64,000 bases of DNA. It comes from Potamilus streckersoni (taxonomy: Eukaryota). The position numbers and the translations under genes are program-made. Below, piece after piece: positions 25,251-38,600 of the stretch. The stretch is from the NCBI GenBank assembly GCA_016746295.1, contig JAEAOA010001935.1:2674024-2738023 (forward strand), given 5' to 3'. Under the pieces are notes generated by a model. That model made no database searches and was not told where the DNA came from. It saw only the letters and a program-made list of their open reading frames with translations. Each line of letters opens with the position of its first letter. The stretch's first letter is position 1.

Positions 25251-28200
25251 TATGAGAGTTTATTTTGTGTGAATGTGAAGTAGTGTCTCTATAAACGCTA
25301 TCTCCTTTACGGATGTAATTGTAGGTAATGGTGTGTTTTGTAGATAAAAAAAATGTCCTTCTCCAACTATATTGATAGAAAATAGTGGTATTAGGATAGA
25401 CTTTTTGAGTAAAAGTGATAATTTCCACTAAAATATATTGAGATTAACTTGATTTATTTCCTATTACAACTATTTCGCACTTACAACAAGTGCAAATCTC
25501 CCCTCCTGCATTAAACATTTGTTTTTGTATGTTAAGTCAGCACCACAGTATTTCACGGCAAAGGTTCTTAACATTTTTTTTTTCTGAGTAAGCTGATTCA
25601 CCCGTTTCCCTGGGATGAATAAATGCTGATCAGACAGGTTATGAGGTAAGCAAGCACGCGCTTCCATTAGAAATAGTTTGTTCGTCCAAGAATAAGAAAG
25701 GCTTCGTCTGAAATAAAAAAAATGTAGAATTCATTGTCTAATCAACAACAACACAAACAAATAAAAGTTCGTTTTGTGTTGTTTTTTTTTTAAAAAAAAA
25801 TATTTAAAGTAATTGAACGTTGAAGGTAGAATTTTTATTTAATTAAGTCAATTATGAACATTCGTTCATGAATATTTTCTTTATAATGTATAACGCTTAT
25901 CATATACATCTCATGATGAAATTCTTCTGTTAACCTTCCTGAAATACAAAGGTCATTAAAAAACTCAAAATAAATCATATTCGTTGCGTACTATGTTTCC
26001 ATTGCGCTAAAGATTTACGGCGTTTATGTTCTTTCTCAAATGAGCACATTTCATACATTTGAAAAAAAAATATTTTCTATTCTGCAATACAAGCCAAGCA
26101 TACACGTATGCATCTGATGATTATAACTTCTTTTCATATTTATCAATAACAAAAAATATAAAACCTTTACAAAAATAATTTGTATTGCCTATTTTATTTC
26201 CATTGCGATCGAATTTTCCATTGCGTGTTTTAGTCATATATCTTCGAGTAGCTTCCCCTACACTACGTTGCAGATGACCATATCAATATGAAATGACAGT
26301 TGATCCATGATTACGTAAAGTTCTCGTCTATAAAAAAAACAACTCACAATACAATTCAATGTTGTTCGGTATTTTTATATGTTGGAAATAAACTGTTGTG
26401 ATGTGTTTTCCAAGAGCATTTGACAGCTATAATAGCATACGGTTTGTACTAGTACTAATATTAGTACCTTAATTAGTCCTTTTGTCAACCACTTACAAAA
26501 CAAGTTGAGGCTACGACATTGTAGCAAGGTTTGTACCAGCTATATCTTAGATACAATACAATCTGTCACGTGTTTTAAAACGTGTTGAACTCTAACTTTA
26601 ATATAGTTGAACCATTTTTTCCCAATCCCAGTTGTATGCTCTGCACCTTGACTGTCAGCAAATAACTTCCACGCAGTAAGTATTGATCACTAATGGAATC
26701 GTACAGCGATGGCCAGGTACTTAAAATTGGTAAAGAAAAGATGATGTGGGGTCTAATCATAACAAATAAAAGGGCATCATGTCCACAGATTTTATCAATG
26801 TTGTTGACATGTATTTCTCAGTGCAGGTATATAATGTCTTGGTGACTTCCTGATCAATATGGACGCTTGATGAAGGAAATAAAGTGAACAAATGCCATTT
26901 AAAAGTATGTGGGATCAAATTCTACAAAATGACCCCCATTACTGCAACAGTATACTGAATTCCTGCATGACTTATACTTTACATCATAATCATATTAAAA
27001 CAAATATAAAAATCTGATCTTTTGTGGAAAGTTTATGAAAGCACTGCTTTGATGAGTGAATGGCATTGTGGAACTAATTAACTAATTTGTGCTAATACTT
27101 TTATCGTTTTTTTATATGAAAAAAGTATTGTTTGACAGGTAGTCTGATTTTCAGTGAAGATTATCTAGAGTATTTTGCATCTGTGAAAATTAATATCCTA
27201 TGAGTTATATGTCCCATTAATCAAATAATGATGCACATATATCTGCTAACCTTTGCAGATAAACATAATTTTTCCTAAAAAAATTGCATCCAGAGCTTTT
27301 TCAATATAATTTTGTCACTTATTTTGAGAAATAAGTTCTAGTCATTTAAATTTTTCGTCTAAAAATAGATAACCTAAACAATAAATCAAAAGAATTTTAA
27401 GTCCTTTTATTTAACTATTGCTAAAGAAAACCCTACAGGAATGTGGTACCCAATCTATCATATACATTGGCAGCAGTTTCTCAATAAATGCTCTGTATTC
27501 CCACACATAGAAAACAGTGATAAAAACAAAAGATTAAAAGATTTTTATGCCATTTTGTTTCAGTGGTTAACAGAGAGATATATCAGACTAATAAAGGAAA
27601 AAGAGGTGCTACCATTACAATCAAGACTATGTGGAAGCTTTCATTCCAACATATATACACATTAGGTACCTTCTGAGAGCTTTTGTACAAATTGGTTGAA
27701 AAATGATAAAGTTATGCCCATTTGAATCTGTATATATTATATAAATCAATTTTTCATTTGATCCGCATTTGTCTGATTTGAAAGCTTGATCTTTATCCCT
27801 CATTGATTGATCAAGTTCAAGGCCTTTTTTGTAGTGCTAATGCACCTAAATAATGTTGTTACTAAAAATATTCACACATGAATGGAGATAAATCAAGTAT
27901 AGTGAAATAGGCAATTTTCAATCTAAATTGTTGGTCTGTTACCTATTTTCCTAATGCATTAGCATTTGGGAACATTTTTCAAGGAGAAAATAAATTTTTA
28001 AGTACATTATATTTCTCCAAGAATACTTACACAATAATAATACTTAATTTTTTATGAGAAAGTGATTAATCTTTTTAACTGTGTCTAATTTGTTTAAGAT
28101 ATAATGCAAATATTATTTTCATAAGCTATGTGTCAGCATGGGTTACTATTGCTAGTTACTTTTTTGTTAATTTTAGACAGTATTTCATGGTGTAAACAGT

Positions 28201-28694
28201 AATATTACAGCTACAGTGTCTTGGAGGTTTGATGAGTGTAGAATTTATAAATTGAGATAAATACAAAATGAATTCAACAAACATAATCTTTTTATTAACT
28301 AACAGAGACCAAGGTGACAGTTGGGCTACCATCATCAATAAAAATAGACCCATACTATGTCATCCCTTTTATATGATTGCTTATATACAACTGAGTTTAA
28401 TTGACAGCTTTAAATATATTGTGTTATTTCATACAATTTATTATGAATTCTGATTGAACAGATCAAATGCAGTCAACAGTAATACAATGTTTGTTTTTTT
28501 TCACAGTGACTATAGTTCCTGAAAATGTGTTGTATTTACATGGGGATATATTTAGATCATGGTATAAACGTACAACAATTACAAATTTTCGTTTCATTCA
28601 GTATATTGTTTTATTGAGCTGTAAAATCATAGATATTGGCCAATACAAGAGGTCTGTACATTGTCTTCAATCACAGCTAATTCTCCACCTCATG

Positions 28695-29455
28695 ACTATT
28701 GCTAAGGATGGTATCCTGGAACCTTGCTGACATGTCTATTGGAGTATTATGTTTATATGCTGCTTATTCTAAGGATGGTATCCTGGAACCTTGCCAACAT
28801 GTCTTATTGGAGTATTATGTTTATATGCTGCTTATTCTAAGGATGGTATTCTGGAACCTTGCCAACATGAATTATTGGAGGATTATGTTTATATACTGCT
28901 TATTGCTAAGGATGGTATCCTGGAACCTTGCCGACATGTCTTATTGGAGTATTATGTTTATATGCTGCTTATTGCTAAGGATGGTATCCTGGAACCTTGC
29001 CGACATGTCTATTGGAGTATTATGTTTATATACTGCTTATTGCTAAGGATGGTATCCTGGAACCTTGCTGACATGTCTTATTGGAGTATTATGTTTATAT
29101 GCTGCTTATTCTAAGGATGGTATCCTGGAACCTTGCCGACATGTCTATTGGAGTATTATGTTTATATACTGCTTATTGCTAAGGATGGTATCCTGGAACG
29201 TTGCCGACATGTCTATTGGAGTATTATGTTTATATGCTGCTTATTCTAAGGATGGTATCCTGGAACCTTGCCGACATGTCTATTGGAGTATTATGTTTAT
29301 ATACTGCTTATTGCTAAGGATGGTATCCTGGAACCTTGCCGACATGTCTATTGGAGTATTATGTTTATATGCTGCTTATTCTAAGGATGGTAGCCTGGAA
29401 CGTTGCCGACATGTCTATTGGAGTATTATGTTTATATGCTGCTTATTCTGCTTTT
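28695..29455. repeat. Minisatellite, about 68-bp unit x11
   Basis: Tandem ctaaggatggtatcctggaaccttgccgacatgtctattggagtattatgtttatatgctgcttatt. The supplied track's ORFs at 28699-29472 are repeat artefacts. Confidence 0.9.
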
Positions 29456-29576
29456 TCTTGAAGAAGAGATGAGGATTAAGATTTTCTAAATGTCCCTGTC
29501 AGCATGTGTAATGTGTAATTTAATACATCTGCTTCTGTAGCATTTATCATAGACTGGATTTTGCAATATGATTAGC

Positions 29577-29822
29577 TATTGTTGTTGGTTTTTGGAGTTT
29601 CTTGCCATTTTCAGTGCATTATAGGCTGTTCATGGCACCCAATATAACTGGTGGAAAGAAGAATCTTGAAAAACCCTTGTAAAAACCACTGACCCACAAG
29701 AAGCTATTGGCAATTAAATTTTCTCCCATACCCACAATGGCCAAGCCTGAGACTCGAACCTACGTGAACAGATGTGAGATGGCAGTGATCGGTAAAGGTG
29801 AGTGCTTTATACTACTCAGCCA
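29577..29822 (-). mobile_element. SINE family B copy on the minus strand
   Basis: The reverse complement reads ...GCTGAGTAGTATAAAGCACTCACCTTTACCGATCACTGCCATCTCACATCTGTTCACGTAGGTTCGAGTCTCAGGC...CCACCAGTTATATTGGGTGCCATGAACAGCCTATAATGCACTGAAAATGGCAAGAAACTCCAAAAACCAACAACAA. It aligns head to tail with the copies at 7763, 41293 and 60425. Confidence 0.75.
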
Positions 29823-30019
29823 CCTGATCAGCAGTTTCAGAATTTGCTCCCATTTCCTGGTGGTAGAGGTGGTAGGGTCCATGTAAGAGGGTATGAATAA
29901 CTGAAAATCATGGTGGTAATGTTGCTTGGCAGTGGATATGTAATTGTCTAATTTTTGTTAATTAAACATGTGAACTGTATGTTGTCATTCTTTTTGATAA
30001 AGAGTTTGTTATATTTCAG

Positions 30020-30154
30020 GATCTTCAGAATCCAGTGATGAAAATCTTCAAAAATTGTACAGTAGTCCTCCTGTTTGATACAAATACCTCTTTCAAAGAG
30101 AAGTCATCTTGGAAAAAGAAAATCACTGACAATGGTGGAGTGATCTCATATATA
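30020..30154 (+). CDS. Candidate coding exon: N-terminal half of a BRCT domain (gene 2, exon Y)
   Basis: The acceptor is ttgttatatttcag| at 30018-30019. The open frame reads DLQNPVMKIFKNCTVVLLFDTNTSFKEKSSWKKKITDNGGVISYI. It fits the BRCT beta1-alpha1 pattern (lFxGxxvxl...lxxxIxxnGGxv). A phase-0 donor is ATA|GTAACA at 30155. An alternative donor is GAGG|GTATTA at 30167. Confidence 0.5.
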
Positions 30155-30454
30155 GTAACAAAGAGGGTATTAACACAGTTATATGTCTCTATTCTCTGTT
30201 GGCAATGGTTGGAACAGCATTAACAATGTTGATGGCATGTTTAAGCTTTAGTTCGCCTGGCTGTTTGGCCATGTAAGTGTAAGGTGTAGTCCTGCATCCA
30301 GTGTCTGTTATCTATCATGCATCTTGCTGTTTTGAACATCTTTCAAAACCCACTGAACCAACTTGAATTTAATTTGACAAAGAGCATTCTCATTTGAGTG
30401 GCTTTTAAATTTGTACAAAATGATGCCAATCCACCATCAAATCTGACAACTATT

Positions 30455-30800
30455 ACCATATATACTTGCTTATAAGCCTGTTTGCATATATGCTGACCCC
30501 CCAATTTGACTAGTAAAATAGGAAAAGTGCATGACTTGCAGATTAACCAATCTCCATTCTTCAAAGGTTTTTTTTTTCTCCAAGTTTTTTGGCTTATATA
30601 TGAATATATATGATGCATAACAGTGCCTACTGTATATACTCGTGTATAAGCCGACACCCCGTTCCAACTTGACTAGGTAAAAAGAGAAAAAATTGCATGA
30701 CCCGCAGATAAGCCCCCCCCCTCTTGAAGGCTTTATTTTTTTTCTAAATTCTTCGGCTTCTAAATCAGTATATAGGGTGATAAGATTAGAAAAGCCTTGA
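30455..30800. repeat. Diverged tandem duplication, two copies of about 170 bp
   Basis: The segment ...cttataagcctgtttgcatatatgctgaccccccaatttgactagtaaaataggaaaagtgcatgacttgcagattaaccaatctcc... recurs as ...gtgtataagccgacaccccgttccaacttgactaggtaaaaagagaaaaaattgcatgacccgcagataagccccccc.... Confidence 0.6.
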
Positions 30801-31112
30801 AACAACTTAAAAAAACTACACAACAGATTTGACAGACAGCGTTCTGGCATGACATGCTTTAAGCTTTTTCACAGATGACGCTAATATGCGATCAGATATC
30901 ACAACCTTTTTCTAAATATAGAAAACCTTTTAAAGTTTTTTCTCAGAAGCTAATGATTAGAAGTTTTATTACATTTTAGAAAGGGATAAGTGGCTTTCAT
31001 ATTTTTATAAATAACGCTAATCCACCATCTAATATAGCTGCCATTGCTAAACAGAACCGTTAATCAAGCTACTCAGCAGAATCTAACCGAATTTTAAGAA
31101 CCATCCAGGCAA

Positions 31113-31575
31113 AAAGGGCTGATGATGCTGATCTGCCTTCAAATATGACTGATTATATAAGACAGGAAAGCATTTTAGCCATGTGACTGTAGATGCCTTC
31201 AAATATGACTGATTATAAAAGACAGGAAAGCATTTTAGCCATGTGACTGTAGATGCCTTCAAATATGACTGATTATATAAGACAGGAAAGCATTTTGGGC
31301 ATGTGACTGTAGATGCCTTCAAATATGACTGATTATATAAGACAGGAAAGCATTTTGGTCATGTGACTGTAGATGCCTTCAAATATGACTGATTATAAAT
31401 GACAGGAAAGCATTTTGGCCATGTGACTGTAGATGCCTTCAAATATGACTGATTATAAAAGACAGGAAAGCATTTTGGCCATGTGACTGTAGATGCCTTC
31501 AAATATGATTATAAAAGACAGGAAAGAATTTTGGCCATGTGACTATGGATGCCTTCAAATATGACTGTAGATATA
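31113..31575. repeat. Minisatellite, 60-bp unit x7.5
   Basis: Tandem agatgccttcaaatatgactgattatataagacaggaaagcattttagccatgtgactgt. Confidence 0.9.
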
Positions 31576-31628
31576 ATGTCCTAAAATGCTTGCAGCCATC
31601 ATGAAAATTTTATGAGTATTCCTCCAAA

Positions 31629-32560
31629 ATGGAGGCCTGTATTTAGTAGGGTTGTTCAGTAAAATTACTTCATGTAATATGCTATTGGTTATGGAGGCCT
31701 GTATTTAGTAGGGTTGGTCAGTAAAATTACTTCATGTAATATGCTATTGGTTATGGATGCCTGTATTTAGTAGGGTTGGTCAGTAAAATTACTTCATGTA
31801 ATATGCCATTGGTTATGGATGAATGTATTAAGTAGGGTTGTTCAGTAAAATTACTTCATGTAATATGCTATTGGTTATGGATGCTTGTATTTAGTAGGGT
31901 TGGTCAGTAAAATTACTTCATGTAATATGCCATTGGTTATGGATGAATGTATTAAGTAGGGTTGTTCAGTAAAATTACTTCATGTAATATGCTATTGATT
32001 ATGGATGCCTGTATTTAGTAGGGTTGGTCAGTAAAATTACTTCATGTAATATGCTATTGGTTATGGATGCCTGTATTTAGTAGGGTTGTTCAGTAAAATT
32101 ACTTCATGTAATATGCTATTGGTTATGGATGCCTGTATTTAGTAGGGTTGTTCAGTAAAATTACTTCATGTAATATGCTATTGATTATGGAGGCCTGTAT
32201 TTAGTAGGGTTGTTCAGTAAAATTACTTCATGTAATATGCTATTGGTTATGGATGCCTGTATTTAGTAGGGTTGGTCAGTAAAATTACTTCATGTAATAT
32301 GCTATTGGTTATGGATGCCTGTATTTAGTAGGGTTGGTCAGTAAAATTACTTCATGTAATATGCTATTGGTTATGGATGCCTGTATTTAGTAGGCTTGGT
32401 CAGTAAAATTACTTCATGTAATATGCTATTGGTTATGGATGCCTGTATTTAGTAGGGTTGGTCAGTAAAATTACTTCATGTAATATGCTATTGATTATGG
32501 ATGCCTGTATTTAGTAGGGTTGTTCAGTAAAATTACTTCATGTAATATGCCATTAGTTCT
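31629..32560. repeat. Minisatellite, 62-bp unit x15
   Basis: Tandem atggaggcctgtatttagtagggttgttcagtaaaattacttcatgtaatatgctattggtt. Confidence 0.9.
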
Positions 32561-33009
32561 ACATATGAATGATGCTGATCTAACCTCCACAATGGCTGAT
32601 TTATTGCCCATCTTTTAAATCTTGCTATTGTTTATTTCTAGAACAGATGGTTGTACTGACATGGCATTTTCACTAAAACACTAACAATCTATAACTGGTC
32701 AAGATGAAAAGGTGCTTTTTTGATTTTGAACATGGCAACCATATTGGCCATCTAAAAGAATATTGTTTTCACTAAAACATCTCATGCAATATATAATTGG
32801 TTCTGAAATGAAAATGTTGCAGGTCAGACCATTAACATGTTAATGCTTTTGAAAGCCAAACCTACTTGACCCTGTGGACAAGTAAAGCCTACTTGACCCT
32901 GGGGACAAGTAAAGGCCACTGCTTGCTGTTTTTAATAACTTCAATGAGATCAGGAACATGGTTAATTGTACATTTGCAAATGAATTTTACCCATACTTTG
33001 TAATACCTT

Positions 33010-33470
33010 TTTTTTTGATAGCACTCTAACATTGATTTCAAGGTCAAAGATTGTGACTCTAGTTTTTATCAGAGTTTTCAATAAACAAGCTGATGGACAA
33101 CATTCTAACATTAATTTCAATGTCAGAGATCTTTAGTTTTACATGCATTTTCAGTAAATAAGTTGATAGGCAGCACTCTAACATTGATTTTAAGGTCAAA
33201 GATCTTGTCTCCTGTTTGTATCTGTGATACTTGTGAGCATGATAACACAGTATGATTAGATTTATATCAGAATAATATCTTGAATGATGACAATTCAGTA
33301 ACTTGTTTGGTTAATCAAATTTTTTATGAGTAAATGAAACTTATGATGTGGGTATATTTGAACAATATCTGAGATGAGGTCAATCATGTGGGTATATTTT
33401 GACAGTATCTGAGATGAGATCATTCATGTGGGTATATTTTGACAGTATCTGAGATGAGATACTTGATCTT
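33010..33470. repeat. Two short minisatellites (about 70-bp x3 at 33010-33220 and 36-bp x3 at 33340-33470)
   Basis: The first unit is agcactctaacattgatttcaaggtcaaagat.... The second is catgtgggtatattttgacagtatctgagatgagat. Confidence 0.7.
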
Positions 33471-33753
33471 CTTTCCGTGATATCATAAACAAGGTCAAAG
33501 GACATGACAAAGACATTTGCACTATACTTATTTTACCTCAGATATATAAGGTACTATTTTTCTTTTCAAAAAAGTATGTTTGAATTTCATATGATTATCT
33601 GAAATAATTTAAATAGTCATTAATTTAAAAAACGATAAATGGAGGGAAGAAATGGACTGATTGGGAAAAGCAACTAATTTTATCTACCCATTAAAGAATC
33701 CATTTCTTTAGAAAATCACAAAATGTAATATTTCATTATGATATTCTTTCCAG

Positions 33754-33952
33754 GCATCTTTAATAGTTCTGTTCAGCAAAAGCAATGTTAGTCACTCATT
33801 TAAAATAAGACAAGCCTGTCGATACAGCATTCCTGTGGTGAATCCCAGATATGTGGACCAGTGTATTCAACAAAGACATATCCTGAGCACAGAGGGTTAC
33901 ATAGTTGCTGAGCCTCAGTATGAACATGGGCTCAAGACTGGGAAAATTCAAA
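33754..33952 (+). CDS. Candidate coding exon: C-terminal half of a BRCT domain (gene 2, exon Z)
   Basis: The acceptor is a strong attctttccag| at 33752-33753, and an in-frame TGA lies just upstream. The 66-codon open frame reads ASLIVLFSKSNVSHSFKIRQACRYSIPVVNPRYVDQCIQQRHILSTEGYIVAEPQYEHGLKTGKIQ. It matches the canonical BRCT C-terminal motif (for example TopBP1 ...EKYECALKWNIPCVKPEWIYDSIKRGWCLPEDEYLL). The donor is a strong CAAA|GTGAGT at 33953. The phase-1 exit matches the phase-1 entry of the exon at 40003. Confidence 0.6.
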
Positions 33953-34534
33953 GTGAGTTACATCAGTTTTCTAAACTACACTGAAGGCCTTATCATTCTA
34001 GCAGAGAGATTTCTTTTCTTCATTGTCTGCATATTAGGTATGTTAAGGCTATTTATGTCCATTCATCCATCCATCCATTCATTTTCTATCAATTTGGCTT
34101 CCTTGCATTAACTTGGGTTCAGCTTTGTATACCTTTACCAAGCTTTGCAGGTAGGTTTCTCTGTTGAATACAAAGAACCATATGGGTTGTTTTCTCTGAT
34201 GTCACACTAAAGTATACAATTTCTCGAAATGCAATGTGATTAAACAAACCTTGATAGTTATGATGGAAAAGACAACAAATAAAGCTACAATCCATACTAA
34301 TTATCTCCATTCACTTGTGGGTGATGTTTGTGAGAGATACATCAAGAAAACTGCTAAAATACAGATTGATCCATATAAACTGCCTGCTGAAGCTTCTAGC
34401 AACGATTGGATGAAATGACCCAAGGTCAGCTATATATTCATTTTTTGATTTTTCAACAATCAGCATACACCAAGGAACAGTTGATGCATCCAAGCTTTTC
34501 CAAGACTTCTGGATCCAAGAAAATCACAAGGAAA

Positions 34535-35635
34535 TTAATGAACTGTGTTTATACAGACAATGAACTATGTTTATAGAGACAATGAACTGTGTTTATAGAG
34601 ACAATTAACATGTCTATAGAGACAGTGACTTGTGTTTATAGAGACAATGAGTATGTCTATAGAGACAGTGAACTGTGTTTATAGAGACAGTGAACTGTGT
34701 TTATAGAGACAATGAACATGTCTATAGAGACAGTGACTTGTGTTTATAGAGACAATGATTATGTCTATAGAGACAGTTAACTATGTTTATAGAGACAATG
34801 AACATGTCTATAGAGACAGTGAACTGTGTTTATAGAGACAATGAACATGTCTATAGAGATAGTGAACTGTGTTTATAGAGACAATGAACATGTCTATAGA
34901 GATAGTGAACTGTGTTTATAGAGACAATGAACATGTCTATAGAGACAGTGACTTGTGTTTATAGAGACAATGAGGATGACTATAGAGACAGTGAACTATG
35001 TTTATAGAGACATGGAACATGTCTATAGAGACAGTGAACTGTGTTTATAGAGACAATGAACTCTGTTTATAGAGACAATGAACATGTTTATAGAGACAAT
35101 GAACATGTCTATAGAGACAGTGAACTATGTTTATAGAGACAATGAATATGTTTATAGAGACAATGAACATGTTTATAGAGACAATGAACTGTGTTTAAAG
35201 AGACAATGAATGTGTTTATAGAGACAATGAACTGTGTTTATAGAGACAATGAACATGTCTATGGAGACAGTGACTTGTGTTTATAGAGACAATGAGTATG
35301 ACTATAGAGACAGTGAACTATGTTTATAGACATTGAACATGTCTATAGAGACAGTGAACTATGTTTATAGAGACAATGAACTCTATTTATAGAGACAATG
35401 AACATGTTTATAGAGACAATGAACATGTTATAGAGACAATGAACTGTGTTTAAAGAGACAATGAATGTGTTTATAGAGACAATGAACTGTGTTTATAGAG
35501 ACAATGAACTGTGTTAATAGAGACAATGAACCGTGTTTATAGAAACAATGGACGTGTTTATAGAGACAATGAACTGTGTTTATAGAGACAATGAATGTGT
35601 TTATAGAGATAATGAACTATGGCAAACAATGTCTT
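34535..35635. repeat. Minisatellite, 21/22-bp unit in an about 43-bp doublet, x50
   Basis: Tandem gtttatagagacaatgaacatgtctatagagacagtgaactgt. Confidence 0.95.
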
Positions 35636-35772
35636 CTAAAGCTTTGGAGTTTCACTCCAAATGTGTAATGCCTGAATTCCTATGTAAATAGTTTTCACAG
35701 AGATAATTCCTTAGCCCAAATGCAGTTACTGTTGAAGAAAACAACACTATCTCCACTCAGATTGACAGAAAA

Positions 35773-35916
35773 TACTGCATTTGTGGTTAAGATTATAATG
35801 GAAGAAAGATGATATTTTGTGAAAGTAAAAATTGCATAAAGGTATGGTTTCATATCAGTTGTATAAAACTCAAACATGTGCCAAAAGGGAAATGGTATTG
35901 TGGTGAGTGCAAATGA
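35773..35916 (+). pseudogene. PHD-type zinc-finger fragment with an in-frame stop
   Basis: Translation is YCICG*DYNGRKMIFCESKNCIKVWFHISCIKLKHVPKGKWYCGECK*. The Cys/His spacing Cx(n)CxxxxC...HxxC...CxxC is PHD-like. A TAA interrupts it after CICG. It adjoins the Harbinger remnants. Confidence 0.45.
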
Positions 35917-36379
35917 TGAATATATTTGCTAGTGCTCAACATATGCTTTTTTTAAAGTGCTAATATATTATATATATAATAATGGTAATAATAATGTATA
36001 TTATGTTGATGATGCCAAATATCTGATAAACCAATGTTATGTAGATTATTAATTGACTGATATTGTACATTATCATTTGTTACATTATTCACAAATCAAT
36101 AAATCCATAATATGTAAAATGATGTCTCTCTTTGAAATACGATGAAGACAAATCTTAGGAAACAAATTAATGAAATATATCCTCAAACCATGACTTGCAC
36201 CTGTAGATTTCTTGTTACACTTACTTGCCATGACTATTTTGACATTCAGCAAATTATAAACAAATGGAATAGAACTAGTATTAGTATGGTACACTTTATT
36301 TGCAAATTAACATGTTACACATGTGTGACAATAATATTCAATGTACACATCATGGTACGCTCAATAAACTTTGCAATTT

Positions 36380-37362
36380 TTCACTCAAATGGAACAATTG
36401 AAGTACACAGATTTGTTAAACAGCAAGCCACTTTAACAATCTTGTCAATAGCTGGAACACTCCATGTTTCAGCTTAATAAACTCAATGGGACAATGCCAT
36501 AAAAATTCTGAATTTTTGCAACTCGAGACCCATAACACATTCCACATGAATTCGAACTGATACAATTTTTCTAGTTTTCTCAACTTCTAGTGGATATAAC
36601 TGTGCTTTTTCTTGTAAACTAGTTTTAATACACCATAATTGGGCAATCCCGTGTAAAATGCTACTTGTTCAGAATTGTCAACATAAGATAGAAGCATGTA
36701 TAGTCTTTTAAAATCAAACTGTTCATTTACTTTGGCTTTGATGAGTCTGGACTTGTTATCATTTTCTAGCTGCTTGATTACTTTAACTGTCAAATCAGTT
36801 TGGATACCCATTGCCTTTGATATTTCTTCATCTTGATATGCAGGCTGAAATGACACATGTTCCATTACTTGGACTGTCAAGTCAGTTTGGATGCCCATTG
36901 CCTTTGATATTTCTTCATCTTGATATGTAGGCTGAAATGACACATGTTCCATTACTTTGACTGTCAGGTCAGTTTGGATGCCCATTGCCTTTGATATTTC
37001 TTCATCTTGATATGTAGGCTGAAATGACTCAGGTTCCATTACTTTGATATAATTACATGTAGGGTCATTCTGTTTATCTGCATTCTCAGCATATTCTAAT
37101 ATGCCACTGGCATTATTGGCCTCAAATTCTATGCACCTCTTTTTCAGTGTTAGTAGAGATTATACTGCATCCAAAATCTTTTTTGTTTCCGATGGCTGGC
37201 CCGAATAAATTTCTCATGAGTTGCTCGTATTGCAGGTGAAGTCATTTCTGTGTAATCAAGATCTAGAGTTGGCAACCATGAATGACTTGTTCTGTCATGC
37301 AAATAAGCTTTATACACCTGTAAAAAGAAAAGGAAAGTAACTGAAATTGTGACTTTATTCAA
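36380..37362 (-). mobile_element. PIF/Harbinger-type DDE transposase remnant: rearranged, internally deleted, frameshifted
   Basis: Minus-strand segments carry four signatures. (i) Positions 36587-37039: ...FDFKRLYMLLSYVDNSEQVAFYTGLPNYGVLKLVYKK matches the Harbinger N-terminal HTH (HARBI1 ...YLVELL...LAALGFYTSGSFQ). (ii) About 36495-36560: RIHVECVMGLELQKFRIF matches the VIEKTFRTLCSRFRCL motif. (iii) About 36380-36460: ETWSVPAIDKIVKVACCLTNLC* matches the C-terminal IILACCVLHNIS. (iv) Positions 37150-37362: ...LDLDYTEMTSPAIRATHEKFIRASHRKQ resembles the first-Asp region GxIDGTHIxIxxP...YxNRKG, but out of order. The DDE core of about 170 aa is missing between (i) and (ii). Segment (i) also contains an 87-bp triplication encoding VMEHVSFQPTYQDEEISKAMGIQTDLTVK. 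Confidence 0.65.
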
Positions 37363-37949
37363 ATGAATTAAATATGAAAATCATGAAAAGAGTCATCATG
37401 TATGAGCAGAAAATGACTAGAACTGTCAATATATAATCCTGATAATCTTAATCTAAAATATAACACTGTCATGCAGTTTTCTTTTTACAACACAAATTGT
37501 CCTTACTGCTTGCACTGGGACTTGCAAACCAGAATTATCAGTTAGTATTATAGCTTGGATTAAATTGACTGTAATAATCAATGTAAACATATAACACAAC
37601 TGAAAAATTAATTTTAACATACTTCCAATGAAATGTTTGGAGCAAACATGCATTTGTTCTCATCACTCTTCAGTTTCAATGTCCTTTCTGTTGAGAGCCG
37701 CCTTCCATAAACGATGTCTTTCTTCCGATAATTTCATTGTTTCATCACAATGATTATTCAGAATTTTAGATACTTTAAAGAAGCTTACATCTTTTTGTAC
37801 ACATTTGTGGTTGGAACACCCAATAATACCACAAATTTTCATTGTAGAAAATATGTCATTACACCCGTTGTCAATGGCTTGAGACTCAAAACGGCGAATC
37901 TATGTAAACACATTTTCTGCTATGTCACATAAAAACAATATTATGGTGA

Positions 37950-38600
37950 TTGACAATAGCAAATGGTTTTCATGGAAAAGCATGAGTTCTACATAACAGT
38001 CACCAAACTTAGCAGATAGGTTGCCCTGAAGGAAACAAAAAATTTAATTGATTTTAGGATAAAACTGTTTGAGGTCAGAGTTAATATGGCCAGAAAATTT
38101 CAAACAAAATAGGTTTCTGTGCAGTAACTTGAATTCTGCTTGACCTACCTTCACCAAACTAGAGACATTTCAATCTAAGACAAAGAGGCCTGTTGAGTTG
38201 AGATCAAAAGGTAAAAAGTCCAGGTCACTTTGATCCAAGAAATATAATGGTTTCTACACAATAACTTGAGTTGTACAAAACATTCCTTCACCAGTACTTA
38301 TAGATACTTATAGATACATTGTGTTTGATGGTATGAGAAGACTGTTGATTAATTTTATATCTAAGGTTTAAATGTCAAGGACACTGATCAGTTTTTCATA
38401 ATAACCGTATTCTTCTGAATTTATCCTCACCAAACTTTGGAAGTAGGTTGCTTTTGATAAGACAAAAGACCTGATGGCTTCAGGATTATAACGGTCCATG
38501 TGGAGATCACCATGACATAACACAAGTAACCAGTATAATATATAGCAATTTGTGTTAATCATACAGTTAAGAAGTTTTTAAAAACACCTGCTGGAAAAGG
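37950..38600. repeat. Diverged tandem repeat, about 165-270-bp unit x3-4
   Basis: A recurring core tcaccaaac-t(t/a)g-aga-taggttgc... (37996, 38150, 38425) has alignable flanks (ataggtttctgtgcagtaacttgaattctgcttgacctaccttcaccaaac versus ataatggtttctacacaataacttgagttgtacaaaacattccttcaccagtac). Confidence 0.5.

Noticed and set aside
27441-27665. ATG-initiated 74-aa + ORF ending at a TAG adjacent to a GTACCT donor-like site
   Set aside because: The stop codon precedes the putative donor. The composition is aromatic-rich and atypical. It has no supporting acceptor or partner exon.
28699-29472. ORFs of 107-135 aa on the + strand
   Set aside because: They are translations of the 68-bp minisatellite.
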